Notes under the pieces: generated by a model
The model's input: only the letters and a program-made list of their open reading frames with translations
Told to the model about the DNA's origin: nothing
The model's database searches: none
Program-made: the position numbers and the translations under genes
NCBI GenBank assembly: GCA_963812605.1
Contig: CAWEWF010000006.1
Coordinates: 320,001 to 384,000, forward strand
Source of the DNA: an uncultured Verrucomicrobiae bacterium
GTDB taxonomy: Bacteria > Verrucomicrobiota > Verrucomicrobiia > Palsa-1439
Reading direction: 5' to 3'
DNA length: 64,000 nucleotides
In this document: positions 50,978 to 61,986 of the stretch, piece by piece
Layout: each line of letters opens with the position of its first letter
How positions within the stretch are numbered: position 1 is the stretch's first letter

Positions 50978-51883
50978 CTACAGGGCACGGACGCGGTAGA
51001 AGCGTGACGGAGCGTTGGTTGCCCCGCCGTATAGGTAAAGCTGTTCGTGACACCGGTGCTGACCACGAAGGGCGCGCTAAGATCCGCAAAATTATTCGTG
51101 TTATAATTGCCGTTTTCCGCCTGCACGATATTGGTTCCCGCGCTCGCGGCTGTCCATTTGATGACAATATCATTCACACTTCGCGTGATGGAGACGATTT
51201 TAAACAAACGGGTCGGCGGGGGTGCAAAGCCGGATACGGTTAATTTGACCAGACCTGCTGTGCTGGTGTCGATCGTACAATTAGTGTTTGAAGGCGTCGT
51301 GCCGATCGTCAGACCGTTGTAGGTCAACACGCCACCGTAGGTGAACAGGGTGTAGCTGCCCGAGGTGAAGAAGCCGCCGGCGTCGGTAACGTTGAGTTTG
51401 CCACCCAGCGTCAGATTATTACCTATCGCCACCGCTGTGCTGTTGGTACCCAACGAGAATAGCAGGGTCGCATTTGTGGCAATCGAGGCGTTGCCGGCCT
51501 CGACATCGAATTGGTGATTTCCAATAGACCGCGAGCGCCGATGGTCAACGTGTTGAGAACATTGAGTGGAACAGGACCTCCATCGTTCATATCAAAAAGT
51601 GACAGCGTGTTCGTCAAGGTGACCGTTGGCGACGACACGGTAAGATTGCTAATTGTCAGTTCCTGTGGAAAGCCCGCACTGTCCGTATCGTCAATGGTAA
51701 CAGTCTTGGAGGTGGAATTGGTGATGAAGTCAGCGGCGTCGGTGATGGATGGCGCGTTTGTTAGGACCATCTCACCCCGGTATCCCAAAAGTCACTACCG
51801 CCGAAGATCCAACTGTTGGTCGCGGCTTGGGCATTTACGACGACGAGGGTGAAACCGACCGCGATGATTGTCCTGATTCCCAT
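50978..51883 (-). CDS. secreted Thr/Asn-rich beta-strand protein with a C-terminal GATNxxxRFYRV motif (frameshifted)
   Basis: Signal peptide MGIRTIIAVGFTLVVVNAQA; NLTLGGKLNVTDAGG..YTLFTYGG; ends GGATNAPSRFYRVRAL*. Confidence 0.65.
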
Positions 51884-52073
51884 GATGTCCCTTTTTCCTA
51901 CGGCCCGTTGCAATTCGCCTAGGGCGTAATTCATACACGTTCGCCAGCATTTCGTCAATCAATATCAGACGGTGGAACTGGCTTGCCCGCAATATCTAGC
52001 GCACAGTTTGTCAAAAATGGTGTTGACATGCGTGTAAACACATTGTACATACAGGGCAGATACAGGCGCACCA

Positions 52074-52373
52074 ATGGAATTTGACTGGTCAGATCCGCCG
52101 TTTAGCCCGAAGGATACTCCGACGACGCGTGAAATCGAGGAGTCATTTGAGGATCCGCTGGGGATTCGGTTGTTTCCCGATTCGGGCCGGTTCGCAAAGG
52201 AATCGCGGGCATTTTGTTTGGGGCGGACGTTGACGGGCCGCGGTATCTTCAGTGTGTATCGTTCGGATGGCAAACAGGTGCGCGTGATTGGGGCGCGGGC
52301 GATGAGTGAGGAAGAAGAATATTTTTATGACAGGAAGGTGTCGGAATGGACGTCAGAGAAAAACAGGCGGTGA
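52074..52373 (+). CDS. BrnT-like toxin
   Basis: MEFDW..EIEESFEDP..R..CLGRT..VRVIGARAM. Confidence 0.8.
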   Translation: MEFDWSDPPFSPKDTPTTREIEESFEDPLGIRLFPDSGRFAKESRAFCLGRTLTGRGIFSVYRSDGKQVRVIGARAMSEEEEYFYDRKVSEWTSEKNRR

Positions 52374-52374
52374 A

Positions 52375-52440
52375 CCCACCCCTGTATCCCCTCCGAGGAG
52401 GGGAACGTGAAGGCGGACGGCTCGGAGAGCCGTCCCTACC
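52375..52440. repeat. palindromic repeats between toxin and antitoxin
   Basis: cccacccctgtatcccctccgaggagggg; ggacggctcggagagccgtccctacc. Confidence 0.7.
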
Positions 52441-52482
52441 AAAAGCCCTGTATCCCCGGGGAAATGAAGGACGACCTAAATT

Positions 52483-52764
52483 ATGGATGTTGTAACTGTG
52501 TGGGAAGAAATACCGCAGTTTACGTGCGAGCATGACGAGGCGCGGTTCTGGGTCGGGCATCGCATCGACGCGAAGCTGATGGAGGAATCCATCATCAATG
52601 CCGACCAGGCCGAGTCCACAACCATCACGTTGCGCATGGATCCGCGAATGTTGTCGCGCATCAAACGGCTGGCGCGGTCGCGGTATTTAAACTACCAGAG
52701 TATGATCAAGCAGTGGATCAGTGAGCGCATGGAATCTGAGTTGCGGGAACGAGGGAATCGATGA
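52483..52764 (+). CDS. CopG/BrnA-like antitoxin (RHH)
   Basis: IPQF..EARFW..H; ITLRMDPRMLSRIKRLARSRYLNYQSMIKQWI. Confidence 0.82.
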   Translation: MDVVTVWEEIPQFTCEHDEARFWVGHRIDAKLMEESIINADQAESTTITLRMDPRMLSRIKRLARSRYLNYQSMIKQWISERMESELRERGNR

Positions 52765-53297
52765 GAAGAGAGAAGTCATCTGCCGTCGCCAAGGCTTTGG
52801 CGGACAAGGGAGTCAGGAGTCAGAAGTCAGAAGATGGCTTTACGCTCATTGAGTTGCTGACGGTCATCGGGATTATTGGCATTCTGGCGGGTTTTCTTCT
52901 TGGCGTCGGCAGTTATGCTTACAAGAAGGCGAAATACAACCGCGTGAAGGCGGAAATCGCCGCCATGGAGAACGGGCTCGAGAATTTCAAGAATGACAAC
53001 GGTTATTATCCGCAACGTTCAGCGGGCGTCGATGATACCTGGAGTTCCACGAACCTCTACAACGCTCTTGCCGGTGGCCCGAAAGTTTACATGAGCTTTC
53101 GCGCTAATCAGCTCTATATCGTGGGCACGACCACGAATATTCTCGATCCATTTGGAACGCCCTATCGCTATCTGTGTCCGGGAGCCAGCAACCCCGTAAG
53201 TTTCGATATTTGGAGTTTCGGTTTTGATAAAACAGGCGGAGTCAACGGCGCGGTCAATAACGACCTCGACAATATTAACAACTGGCAACAGCAATAG
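52761..53297 (+). CDS. GspG-like major pseudopilin
   Basis: GFTLIELLTVIGIIGILAG, DNGYYP, DPFGTPYRY, FDIWSFG. Confidence 0.88.
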   Translation: MRREKSSAVAKALADKGVRSQKSEDGFTLIELLTVIGIIGILAGFLLGVGSYAYKKAKYNRVKAEIAAMENGLENFKNDNGYYPQRSAGVDDTWSSTNLYNALAGGPKVYMSFRANQLYIVGTTTNILDPFGTPYRYLCPGASNPVSFDIWSFGFDKTGGVNGAVNNDLDNINNWQQQ

Positions 53298-53312
53298 GTG
53301 GAGGGAAGTCCT

Positions 53313-53882
53313 ATGAAACGTCTCAGAAAAAGCAACAGCGGCTTTACGATGATCGAGCTATTGACGGTCATCGTCATCATTGCGATTCTCGCGGGCCTGC
53401 TACTGCCGGCCCTCGGCAAAGCGAGGACAAAGGCAAAAATTGCCAAGGCATCAACTGAGGTATCTTCCATCCTGACGGCCATTAAAGCGTATCAGACCGA
53501 ATACGGAAAGCTGCCTGTGCCAACGACCGGCGGTTGCGTTGGTATTGCTGATGTAGGCCCAGCCGATGGGGATACGTGGTTTCCCGGTTGCAGCAGCCAA
53601 GCGGTCATAAAAATACTCATTGGGCAGGATCCGGTAATGAATCCTCGCAATGTTGTCTTCCTTGAGCCCAAGAACGGGCTTACGGATGGGACATTCCTGG
53701 ATCCTTGGAATCAACAGTATTACATCAAGCTCAATACCAGCTACAGCGGATCGATGAATTATTATCCTCCCAGTGGAACTCCGAATGTTGTTGGGTCGGC
53801 AATTGTCATTAGCTACGGTCCAAACGGCATTCAAGAGAACCCCGGTGCGAGTGGATCTGATGATATCGTCTCTTACAAATAA
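53313..53882 (+). CDS. second GspG-like pseudopilin
   Basis: GFTMIELLTVIVII, YQTEYGKLP, DPWNQQY, SYGPNG. Confidence 0.88.
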   Translation: MKRLRKSNSGFTMIELLTVIVIIAILAGLLLPALGKARTKAKIAKASTEVSSILTAIKAYQTEYGKLPVPTTGGCVGIADVGPADGDTWFPGCSSQAVIKILIGQDPVMNPRNVVFLEPKNGLTDGTFLDPWNQQYYIKLNTSYSGSMNYYPPSGTPNVVGSAIVISYGPNGIQENPGASGSDDIVSYK

Positions 53883-54559
53883 GCGCGGCTTCACGCTGAT
53901 CGAACTGCTCACGGTCATCGCGATCATGGGCCTGATCGTGGCCATTGCCATCCCGTCGGTGGAACGTCTCATGAAATCGGGCGGTTTGAGCGCTGCCAGT
54001 CGCGAGGTCTCCAATACACTCGGCCTCGCTCGGCAATATGCCATCACGCACCGTACGAAGACCCGCGTGGTATTCGCCCACCCTCTCACGATCGGCTCAA
54101 TAGACCCGTCCACTTATTTGAACTATGTCGCTTACACGGTCGTTGTGTCCGACACTACCAACACCGCCCTCTTCTTCCCGTGGGACTACATCGGCAAATG
54201 GGATTTCCTCCCGACTGGTACGATCTTCCTTAACCAGACTCCCGGGCGGGACATTTGGCGGAGGGTACGACCTGGACAATGGTAATAGTATACTGAATCA
54301 AGATCCTGTGGGAGGTCCTTCTTTCGCACTTCCGTTTCCGAACCCGGCCTCGGGCAATTTCGTTGCATGCGCCTACATCGAGTTTGGCCCGACCGGCGCA
54401 GATACACGATCCGATGGGAATCCGGACCAGATCACGCTTACCGAGGGTTTTATCCAACCGCCATCCGCGAATTCGCTTCCATTCCGCACGAGTGCCAATT
54501 ACGTCAATATCTCCGTGGACAGCATCGTCGGGCGCGTAAAGATCTCAAGGCCACAATGA
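53860..54559 (+). CDS. GspH/FimT-like minor pseudopilin (Verru_Chthon D-like), frameshift near 54245
   Basis: GFTLIELL..LGLARQYAIT..IEFGPTG..GRVKISRP. Confidence 0.8.
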
Positions 54560-55022
54560 ACCGTTCCGACATACACCGCCGCAGAGACGCGAAGGAGCGT
54601 TTACCTTGATCGAGGTCGTACTGGCGGTGGCGATTGCGTCCATCGGCATCATCGCCATCATGGGGTTGCTTCCAAACGCCATTCAGGCCAGCCGCAACGC
54701 CACAGACAACACTTTGTCCGCCACCATTGCACAGGATGTCTTCAGTAACATCCGCAGCCAGCCTCTTGATGCTGTAGATTTTGGCGATGGATCAGGAACC
54801 CATAATTTGACGAACGCCCCTGTGCAGCTAACTCTTAATTTCGACTCCACCGGCGTTTCAACGAACGCAACCGCTTATTACAAGGTCCTTGTCTCGATTC
54901 AGCCGCAGCCTACGGCCCCCGCTCTCCCTCTGTGGACTGTACAAGCCGGGGTTGTCTGGCCAGCGCTATCACCGGCGGCCACCACGAATATCTTTGTTTC
55001 CTATGTAACCGCATACAACTAA
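54556..55022 (+). CDS. PilV/GspI-like minor pseudopilin (Verru_Chthon B-like), frameshift in the leader
   Basis: AFTLIEVVLAVAIASIGIIAIMGLLP. Confidence 0.8.
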
Positions 55023-55929
55023 ATGAAACGACGCCCGACTCAATCCGTCACTTCGCGCCACGCCGGTTTCACCTTGTTGGAACTGCTGGCCGCCATGGCC
55101 ATTTTGTTGATCATGACCGCGCTTTTATTTCAGGCCTTCGGCCAGGCAAGTCGTGGTTGGTTGCAGGCCGAAAATCGCGTGGAAACTTTTTCCCAAGCCC
55201 GCGCGGTGCTCGACTTCATGTCGAAAGAGATTTCCCAAGCGATTGTCAACAGCAACATCACTTTCCTGGGCGATGCCAATGACATCGCTTTCGTCGCCCC
55301 GGTAAACACCGGCACAAACGCGGTCGATTTGGTGGAAGTTGTTTACCGGCTCAGTTTGCCGTCCAAGGCCGCCCCCGGGCTGCTGATCCAGGAAGTAACT
55401 TTGTCGACAATGCTACCATTTGGCCAAAGAGATTGGTCCGACGAACATCTCATTTCGGCGCGCCCACGACTGAGTGTTGGAACTATGGGTCGGGCGCCTC
55501 TGGCTCGGCACCACCGTGGGATTTCTATGGCAGCCCAAACCCCAATCCGAATTGGCCGGAAACGAGCGATTCCAACCGTACCGCTGTACTGGCGGAGAAT
55601 GTCATGAGCATTACTTTCCAATACTACGATGCAACTAATAGTATCGTGCAAAGCTATTGGAATTCCGACGTAATGCCGACCACTGCCTGGCAAAATGAAT
55701 TACCAACAGCAATACCTACAGGAACCCTTGGGCCTGGGGGTCCCGGTTTCGTCCGGTGATGACCAACCGATCTCCCGCCAGCGTTCAAATCACCCTGACA
55801 ATGATCGACAGCAAGGCCGCCGCCCGGCTCAAAACGGTGGCCGTAGGAAGTCCCGGTTTCATGAATATTACCAACCAAGCTTTGAGAACTTTTAGCACCT
55901 TCGTCGCCATACCGAACCGCCAGCCATGA
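55023..55929 (+). CDS. GspJ/PilW-like minor pseudopilin (Verru_Chthon C-like), frameshifted
   Basis: GFTLLELLAAMAILLI, VLAENVMSITFQYYD, LPPAFKSP/ITLTMIDS region. Confidence 0.75.
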
Positions 55930-58348
55930 GAAAATGCACCCCATTTATTCGGCGCTCTTCGGAGCAAGGTGTGGCGCTCATCATGACGCTCGGGATCCTG
56001 GTGTTGGTCACGCTGCTGGTCGTCGCGTTTGCGGTCAGCATGCGCGTTGAGAATACGGCGTCAAAGAATTTTAACGACCTCATCAAAGCCCGCCAGCTCG
56101 CGCAGGGCGCGATCGATCAGGCGGTGGCGCAATTAAGCCAGGCGACGGCACTACGAACCAACAACACGGCCAGTGGCGGCATTTACACCTACGTGACATC
56201 CCCCGGCCTCGCCTATGCCAACAACGGCGGCGCAATCGTCTCGCTCCCGTTGTATTCCACCACCGCGTCGACTGACACGACCAACTTGAATAACCAGTTT
56301 TGGATTACCGGTAGTAACAATGCCGAGTTCTTTGACCCGACTGCCACGGCGATGAACGTGGGATGGGTTTACGTCACCGAGGATGGCACTACCGGCCCGC
56401 TGCCCATCACCGGGCATGGGGCGATTGTCGGCCGATTCGCCTATTGGGTGGATGATGAGGCGTCGAAGATCAATCTCAATACGGCTGGACTGCGACCCAA
56501 TCCAGCCGTTCCCACCGATGTTTACGGTTACGGCGTTCCCAGCGAAATCGATCTCACCATGTTGCTGCCGGGTCTCGGCACCGCGGCCTCTGTAAGCGCC
56601 ATCCAAACGAGGCAATCGACACTGGGATTCAGTACGATTGGAGAGGCTCGAACTCACGGATACCGCTCCCGGCGCGCCCGCCACCACCGATAGTGATTTC
56701 AACACGAACCGCTTTTACCTGACGACTTCTTCCGATGACGCAGGCGATCTTGATGTCTTTGGTCGTCCGCGTTTGGATCTCGCCTTGCTCAGCCAAGCCA
56801 AGGATGTGCTTGATCCTGCCGGGCCCAATAGCGCGTATGCACGCCTTTCCGACAGCGCATTGACGAAAGTATATAGTTCTGCGCGGGCTTTCACGACCAA
56901 GTATCCCGTTGTCATCGATAACGGCCATAATTTTGACGGCCTCCAGCAAATTGTTGCCAACATGATTGCGTACCGTCTTAACCCGCGAGTGCCCGCGGAC
57001 CTCACACAACAGCCCGATGGCGGCGGCGATCCGCCACCTTATCTTGGCCTTATAAGAGCGCCGTACATCAATGAAGTGAAAGTTAATTATGATTATGAGA
57101 CGACCCCCGCTCCTCAAATCACTCGAACCGTGACAATCGAACTTTATTATATTTACGGGGGTGACGGATCCACCTATATCACGGGCCCGAAGGACACCAT
57201 TCAGGTAAGTGGTCTTCCAGTAGTCGGAGGCTTACCGACAACGACACCAGCGCCGCTCCCTTTCACTCTTCCACCAGGGCTCACTTTCAGTAGTAACACG
57301 GCGTACTACACATTCACTTTGCCGCCCGAGACCGTTACCCCCAGCCCATTTCCCCCTACTCCAATTGTAGTGCCGTCAACAACCGCCATAACCGTAGACT
57401 ATTTGCGGTCAGGCACACGACTGGACTGTGCACAAGTCCCATTGTCGACCGTGATAATAACTACCGCAGGAACACCCGTATGGCAGGGGGCTGAAGTGAA
57501 CGATCCCTGCTTGAACGAAAGGACCACGTCGTGGACGCCGTATCGTCCCCCCAATGCGGGAACATTGATAGCGGCTCCGCCTGGATTCTCCGCAAGCGCG
57601 TCCGCCTCACAAAACAGCGTTTACGCGCCGCCTGAAAATCCGCCTTCAAAGGCGCTCATACGAGCTTCCAAAATGTTATCAGTCGGCGAACTCGGTTATA
57701 TTCATACGCCGAATCCCTGGTCATACCTGCGATTACAACCCCAACCGGCAGCTGAAAAGGTGGCCCCCAGACAGATTCCCGATTGGGCCGTACTCGATAT
57801 GTTTACCGTGGGAACCGCCGCTATTCCCAATCCGACCGCCGGACGCATAAACATCAATAGTACCGTTACACCGCTCGCCGCCAACCGGTTGAGACCCCTT
57901 GAGGCGTTGCTTAATGGGCTGTTCTCGACACCGGCGGTAGCCGCAACGGTCGCGCAGAACATTTACTCGGGGACGTATGTCAACATGCCGGATGCTTATG
58001 GCAGCGCAAACAGTTACGACACGATCGGGGAAATTTGCGAAGTCGCGGGCATGGATAATGGAGGGTTAACCGAAGCGGCGAAAGAAGCGACCATTCGCCG
58101 CATTGCGAACCTAATTACGGTTCGCTCAAACACGTATTGCATCTGGGTGTATGCCCAAAGCATTAAGGACGTTGATAAGAACGGGCAGTTCAATCCGCCT
58201 GCTAATCCGCCTCCGGGATGGCGGTGGGCAACGATTTCATTACCGGCGAAGTCAAAGCGCAAGCGATGGTCGAGCGCTATGAAACCCACCGGTGCCAGCC
58301 CGACGTGTCAAATTCCGCACGCGGTATTTCCGGTATTTGTACAATTGA
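55926..58348 (+). CDS. GspK/PilX-like large pseudopilin (Verru_Chthon A-like), frameshifted
   Basis: GVALIMTLGILVLV, GRFAYWVDDEASKINLN, SVGELGYI, GRININ, ITVRSNTY. Confidence 0.8.
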
Positions 58349-58451
58349 GCGGGGATTGGGGGGAGAGGCGTAGAGAAAAACTGCGTTTCTGCGAAACGAA
58401 CTGGTGGGTCAAGTGCTTGCGGCGCAGGTGGTAACGTCGGGGAGACATGGA

Positions 58452-58694
58452 TCGAACTTTCAACGCTCAACCCCGAAAAGGATTCGGGGCAAGCCGTCCA
58501 ACGTTCAACAACATCAAGACAGCGCGCCGACTCGCAGAGTCGGCCTACAACGGCTGCTGGGAATGCAAACAGGCGGGACGCCTGTTCAACGGGGGCGCGG
58601 AATACAACAAGGAAAAGCCCGCCGACTCGCAGAGTTCGGGCGACAACAGATTAGGAAACGGCGGGATACCTAAACGACAGGCATCCCGCCCTAC
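58452..58694. repeat. mixed heptamer and REP cluster
   Basis: cgaactt tcaacgc tcaaccc; ccccgaaaaggattcgggg; two copies of cgccgactcgcagagt(t)cgg. Confidence 0.65.
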
Positions 58695-58708
58695 AATAGG
58701 GTTGGAAA

Positions 58709-59598
58709 ATGGCGCTGATTCCACTGGAGGATAATTTTACGGATATCGTGGGGAAGGCGCAGCGGGGGTTGAACCTATCCGGCACGGCGCTGGCGGGGCG
58801 GGCGGGGGTGTCGCTGGCGCAACTGAATGCGTTGAAGGCGGGCGCGGTGGATGAGGCGGCGCTGCGGAAGGTGGCGGGGGCGCTGGGGTTGGGGGCGGAG
58901 GCGCTGGTGACGATGGCGCGGGGGGCGTGGCGTCCGCGCGAGGCGGGCGAGGTGGCGGGGCTGGGGTGTTTCAATACGGCTTTCGATGATATGACGGTGA
59001 ATGCGTATGTGGCGTTCGACCCGGGGACGCGGCGGGCGGCGGCGTTCGATACGGGGGCGGACTGCGGTGGGATGTTGGAATTCATTCGCGAGCAGGGGCT
59101 GGAGGTGGAGGTGATTTTATTGACGCATACGCACACGGACCATGTGTTTGATTTGGATCGGCTGAAGGCGGCGACGGGGGCGCGGGCGTGGGTGAGCGGG
59201 CGGGAGGCGTTGGCGGGGGCGGAGACGTTCGCGGACGGGAAGGTTTTCGAAGTGGGACGGGCGTCCCGACCGTCTGATCTGACGGATAAACGGGCGGGAC
59301 GCCCGCTCCACTCTGGAATTGAGGATCGAGACGCGGCGGACGAGCGGGCATGCGCGGGGCGGGACGACGTTTGTGGTGACGGGGCTGGCGCGGCGAGCTG
59401 GCGGTGGTGGGGGATGCGCTGTTTGCGGGGTCGATGGGCGGCGGGATGGTGGATTATGATGAGGCGTTGCGGACGAATCGCGAGGGGATTTTTACGTTGT
59501 CCGATGAGACGATTTTGTGTCCCGGGCACGGGCCGTTGAGCACGGTCGGCGAGGAGAAGCTGCACAATCCGTTTTTCCCGGAGTTTCAGCAGCAGTGA
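58709..59598 (+). CDS. MBL-fold hydrolase with an N-terminal HTH-like region (REP insertion, frameshifts)
   Basis: LEDNFTDIVGKAQRG, THTHTDH, GDALFAGSMGG, LCPGHGPLSTVGEEKLHNPFF. Confidence 0.9.
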
Positions 59599-59614
59599 AC
59601 TGCGCGGTAAGTAA

Positions 59615-59690
59615 TGGCGGCCCCAACGGGATTCGAACCCGTGTACCCAGATTGAGAATCTGATGTCCTAGGCCTCTAGACGATGGGGCC
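59615..59690 (-). tRNA. tRNA-Glu (CTC)
   Basis: GGCCCCATCGTCTAGAGGCCTAGGAC..TCAGA TTCTCAA TCTGG..GGTTCGAATCCC..GGGGCCGCCA; 76 nt with encoded CCA. Confidence 0.97.
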
Positions 59691-59736
59691 GTCGAGGTCG
59701 GAAAACAGGGAGAGAATACCCGCGACAGGCGGAAAA

Positions 59737-61077
59737 TCAAGCGCTTTGGCGCAGCCGCGTCAGCAACTTTTCGTGGATGCCGTCGAACTTGCCGTTGGAG
59801 AAAACCGCGACGACATCGCGGTCGTGGAGATTCGGGACGAGGCGGTTGATGATCTCGTCGGCGTTGCGCGAATACTCGGCCATCTTGCCATGGCTGCGCA
59901 ACCGCGCGATGATCGCATCGGGGTTCAAGCGCTCGCTCTCGTGGAGTTCCTGCAGCCGATCCACGCGCGAGATGAACACGCCATCGGCCAGCGACAGCGA
60001 CTCGGTCAGTTCATGCTGGAAGACGTTGCGGCGGGTCGTGTTGCTGCGCGGCTCAAAAAGCGCCCACAATCTCCGCCGCGGATACTTCTCGCGAATGGCG
60101 CGAATCGTCTCGGCGATGGCGGTCGGGTGATGCGCGAAATCATCGAGCACCGTCACGCCCGCCGCTTCCCCGCGCACTTCCATGCGCCGCTTGACGCCCG
60201 TGAACGTGGAGAACCCGCGCTGGATCTGCTCGCGCGACAAGCCCAATTCGCCCGCGCATATCGCGACCGCCGCGGCGTTGCGCTGATTGTGTTCCCCCGC
60301 CAGCGGCACCACGAAATCACCGGCGTCCGCCTTCGTGAAAAAGCGCACAGGACATTGCGCCCCGTCAACGACTTCACGGATGTTGGCGTCCTCTCCATTG
60401 GCAATAATCAGCCCCCGTCGCGGCACGATCGCCACCAGTTGGCGGAAAGCGCGCTTCACCGCCGCGAGGTCGGGGAAAATATCGGCGTGATCGAATTCGA
60501 TATTATTGAGAATGACCGTGTCGGGCTGGTAATGAACAAATTTGCTGCGCTTGTCGAAGAACGCGGTATCATACTCATCGCCTTCGACGAGAAAGTGTTT
60601 CCCCTGCCCCGTCCGCGCGCCACATCCGAAATTGTTGGGCAGGCCGCCGATTAGAAAACCCGGCGACAGGCCCGCCGACTCCATGACCCAGGCGAGCAGC
60701 GAGGTCGCCGTCGTTTTGCCGTGTGTGCCCGCGACCACCACCGAGTGTTTGCCGCAGAGGAAGCGGTCGCGCACCAGTTCCGGCAACGAACAGATCGGGA
60801 GGCGTTCATCGAGCGCCCGCTCGATTTCGGGATTGCCGCGCTTCATCGCGTTACCGATCACGATCAGATCTGGCTGATGGTCCAGGTTTGATTCACGGTG
60901 ACCCGGCACAATGCGGATGCCGTGGGCTTCGAGGAAAGTGGACATCGGCGGGTAGATGTTCTCGTCGCTGCCGGTGACGGCAAAGCCGAGTTCGCGGCAC
61001 AGCGCGGCGACGGACGCCATCGCGGTGCCACAAACACCCACAAAATGGATGGTATTGACCTCCTTCGCGAACATCAC
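59737..61077 (-). CDS. mpl: UDP-N-acetylmuramate:L-Ala-gamma-D-Glu-mDAP ligase (murein peptide ligase)
   Basis: IHFVGVCGTAM, GSDENIYPPMS, AGTHGKTT, EGDEYDTAFFDKRSKF, DDFAHHPTAI, FEPRSNT. Confidence 0.94.
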   Translation of the reverse strand: MMFAKEVNTIHFVGVCGTAMASVAALCRELGFAVTGSDENIYPPMSTFLEAHGIRIVPGHRESNLDHQPDLIVIGNAMKRGNPEIERALDERLPICSLPELVRDRFLCGKHSVVVAGTHGKTTATSLLAWVMESAGLSPGFLIGGLPNNFGCGARTGQGKHFLVEGDEYDTAFFDKRSKFVHYQPDTVILNNIEFDHADIFPDLAAVKRAFRQLVAIVPRRGLIIANGEDANIREVVDGAQCPVRFFTKADAGDFVVPLAGEHNQRNAAAVAICAGELGLSREQIQRGFSTFTGVKRRMEVRGEAAGVTVLDDFAHHPTAIAETIRAIREKYPRRRLWALFEPRSNTTRRNVFQHELTESLSLADGVFISRVDRLQELHESERLNPDAIIARLRSHGKMAEYSRNADEIINRLVPNLHDRDVVAVFSNGKFDGIHEKLLTRLRQSA

Positions 61078-61107
61078 TAGGGTTCCCCGCGCGAGCTTGT
61101 AGCAGAG

Positions 61108-61986
61108 ATGCCGAACTTAATCAATATTTCTGATTTTGCCCTCGCCAGCACGGTGGAATGCGGGCAGGCCTTTCGTTGGTCCCGGACGGCGGACGGCTGG
61201 TTTGAAGGCGTGGTGGGCCGGCGGGTGATCCGGTTGCGGGAACATCTTCATTCCGTGGAATGGGAGTCGCGTCCGCGGGCTGACAAGAAGGCTGTGGCGC
61301 GATATCTGGCCCTGGACGTTTCGTTGCCGGAGATCCTCGCAACATTTCCCGGCGATCCGCTCTTGCGCCAGGCGGTGAAAGACCACCACGGCTTGCGCGT
61401 CATTCGCCAGGAACCATGGGAATGCCTCGCCTCATTCATTGCCAGCTCGTCAAAGCAGATCGTGCAGATCCGCCAGATCGTTGACCTGCTGGCGCGACGC
61501 TTCGGCGAACCGGTCAGCGACACGCACCACACCTTCCCGACCGTTTCAGCCATCGCCCGCGTGACGCATCAACAACTTTGGGACTGCAAACTGGGTTTTC
61601 GCGCCAAGAACCTGCTCGCGGCGGCGCGAATGATCGATAGCGGCAAACTTGATCTCGACGCATTGCCGTCGATGGAATACGGACAGGCGCTGGAAGAGTT
61701 GATCCAACTGCCCGGCGTGGGCGAGAAAATCGCCAACTGCACCCTGCTCTTCGCGTGTGGATTCAACCAGGCCTTCCCGATCGACGTCTGGATTGAGCGT
61801 TCGCTTCGCCGGATCTATTTCGGCGACAAACCACGCGTCACCGCCCGCGAACTTCGAGAATTTGCGCGCACCCACTTCGGCCCCTACGCCGGTTGGGCGC
61901 AACAGTACTTATTTTTCAGTGAGCGGTTGTTGGGTCAGCAACGTCCGCGTCGTCGCCAGGTGCTGCTCGATGCCGGCGCGAAGTAA
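61108..61986 (+). CDS. 8-oxoguanine DNA glycosylase (OGG/AlkA HhH-GPD family)
   Basis: ECGQAFRW, QEPWECLASFI, LGFRAK, LPGVGEKIANC, FPIDVWI, AGWAQQYLF. Confidence 0.92.
   Translation: MPNLINISDFALASTVECGQAFRWSRTADGWFEGVVGRRVIRLREHLHSVEWESRPRADKKAVARYLALDVSLPEILATFPGDPLLRQAVKDHHGLRVIRQEPWECLASFIASSSKQIVQIRQIVDLLARRFGEPVSDTHHTFPTVSAIARVTHQQLWDCKLGFRAKNLLAAARMIDSGKLDLDALPSMEYGQALEELIQLPGVGEKIANCTLLFACGFNQAFPIDVWIERSLRRIYFGDKPRVTARELREFARTHFGPYAGWAQQYLFFSERLLGQQRPRRRQVLLDAGAK

Noticed and set aside
59615-59690. Genomic island integrated at tRNA-Glu
   Set aside because: No integrase and no duplicated tRNA 3' end were seen; the flanking genes are housekeeping-like.
61909-61986. 78-nt convergent overlap of the glycosylase and C39 peptidase genes
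   Set aside because: Both tails are beyond the conserved domains; a lost stop or indel can explain it and there is no evidence of function.
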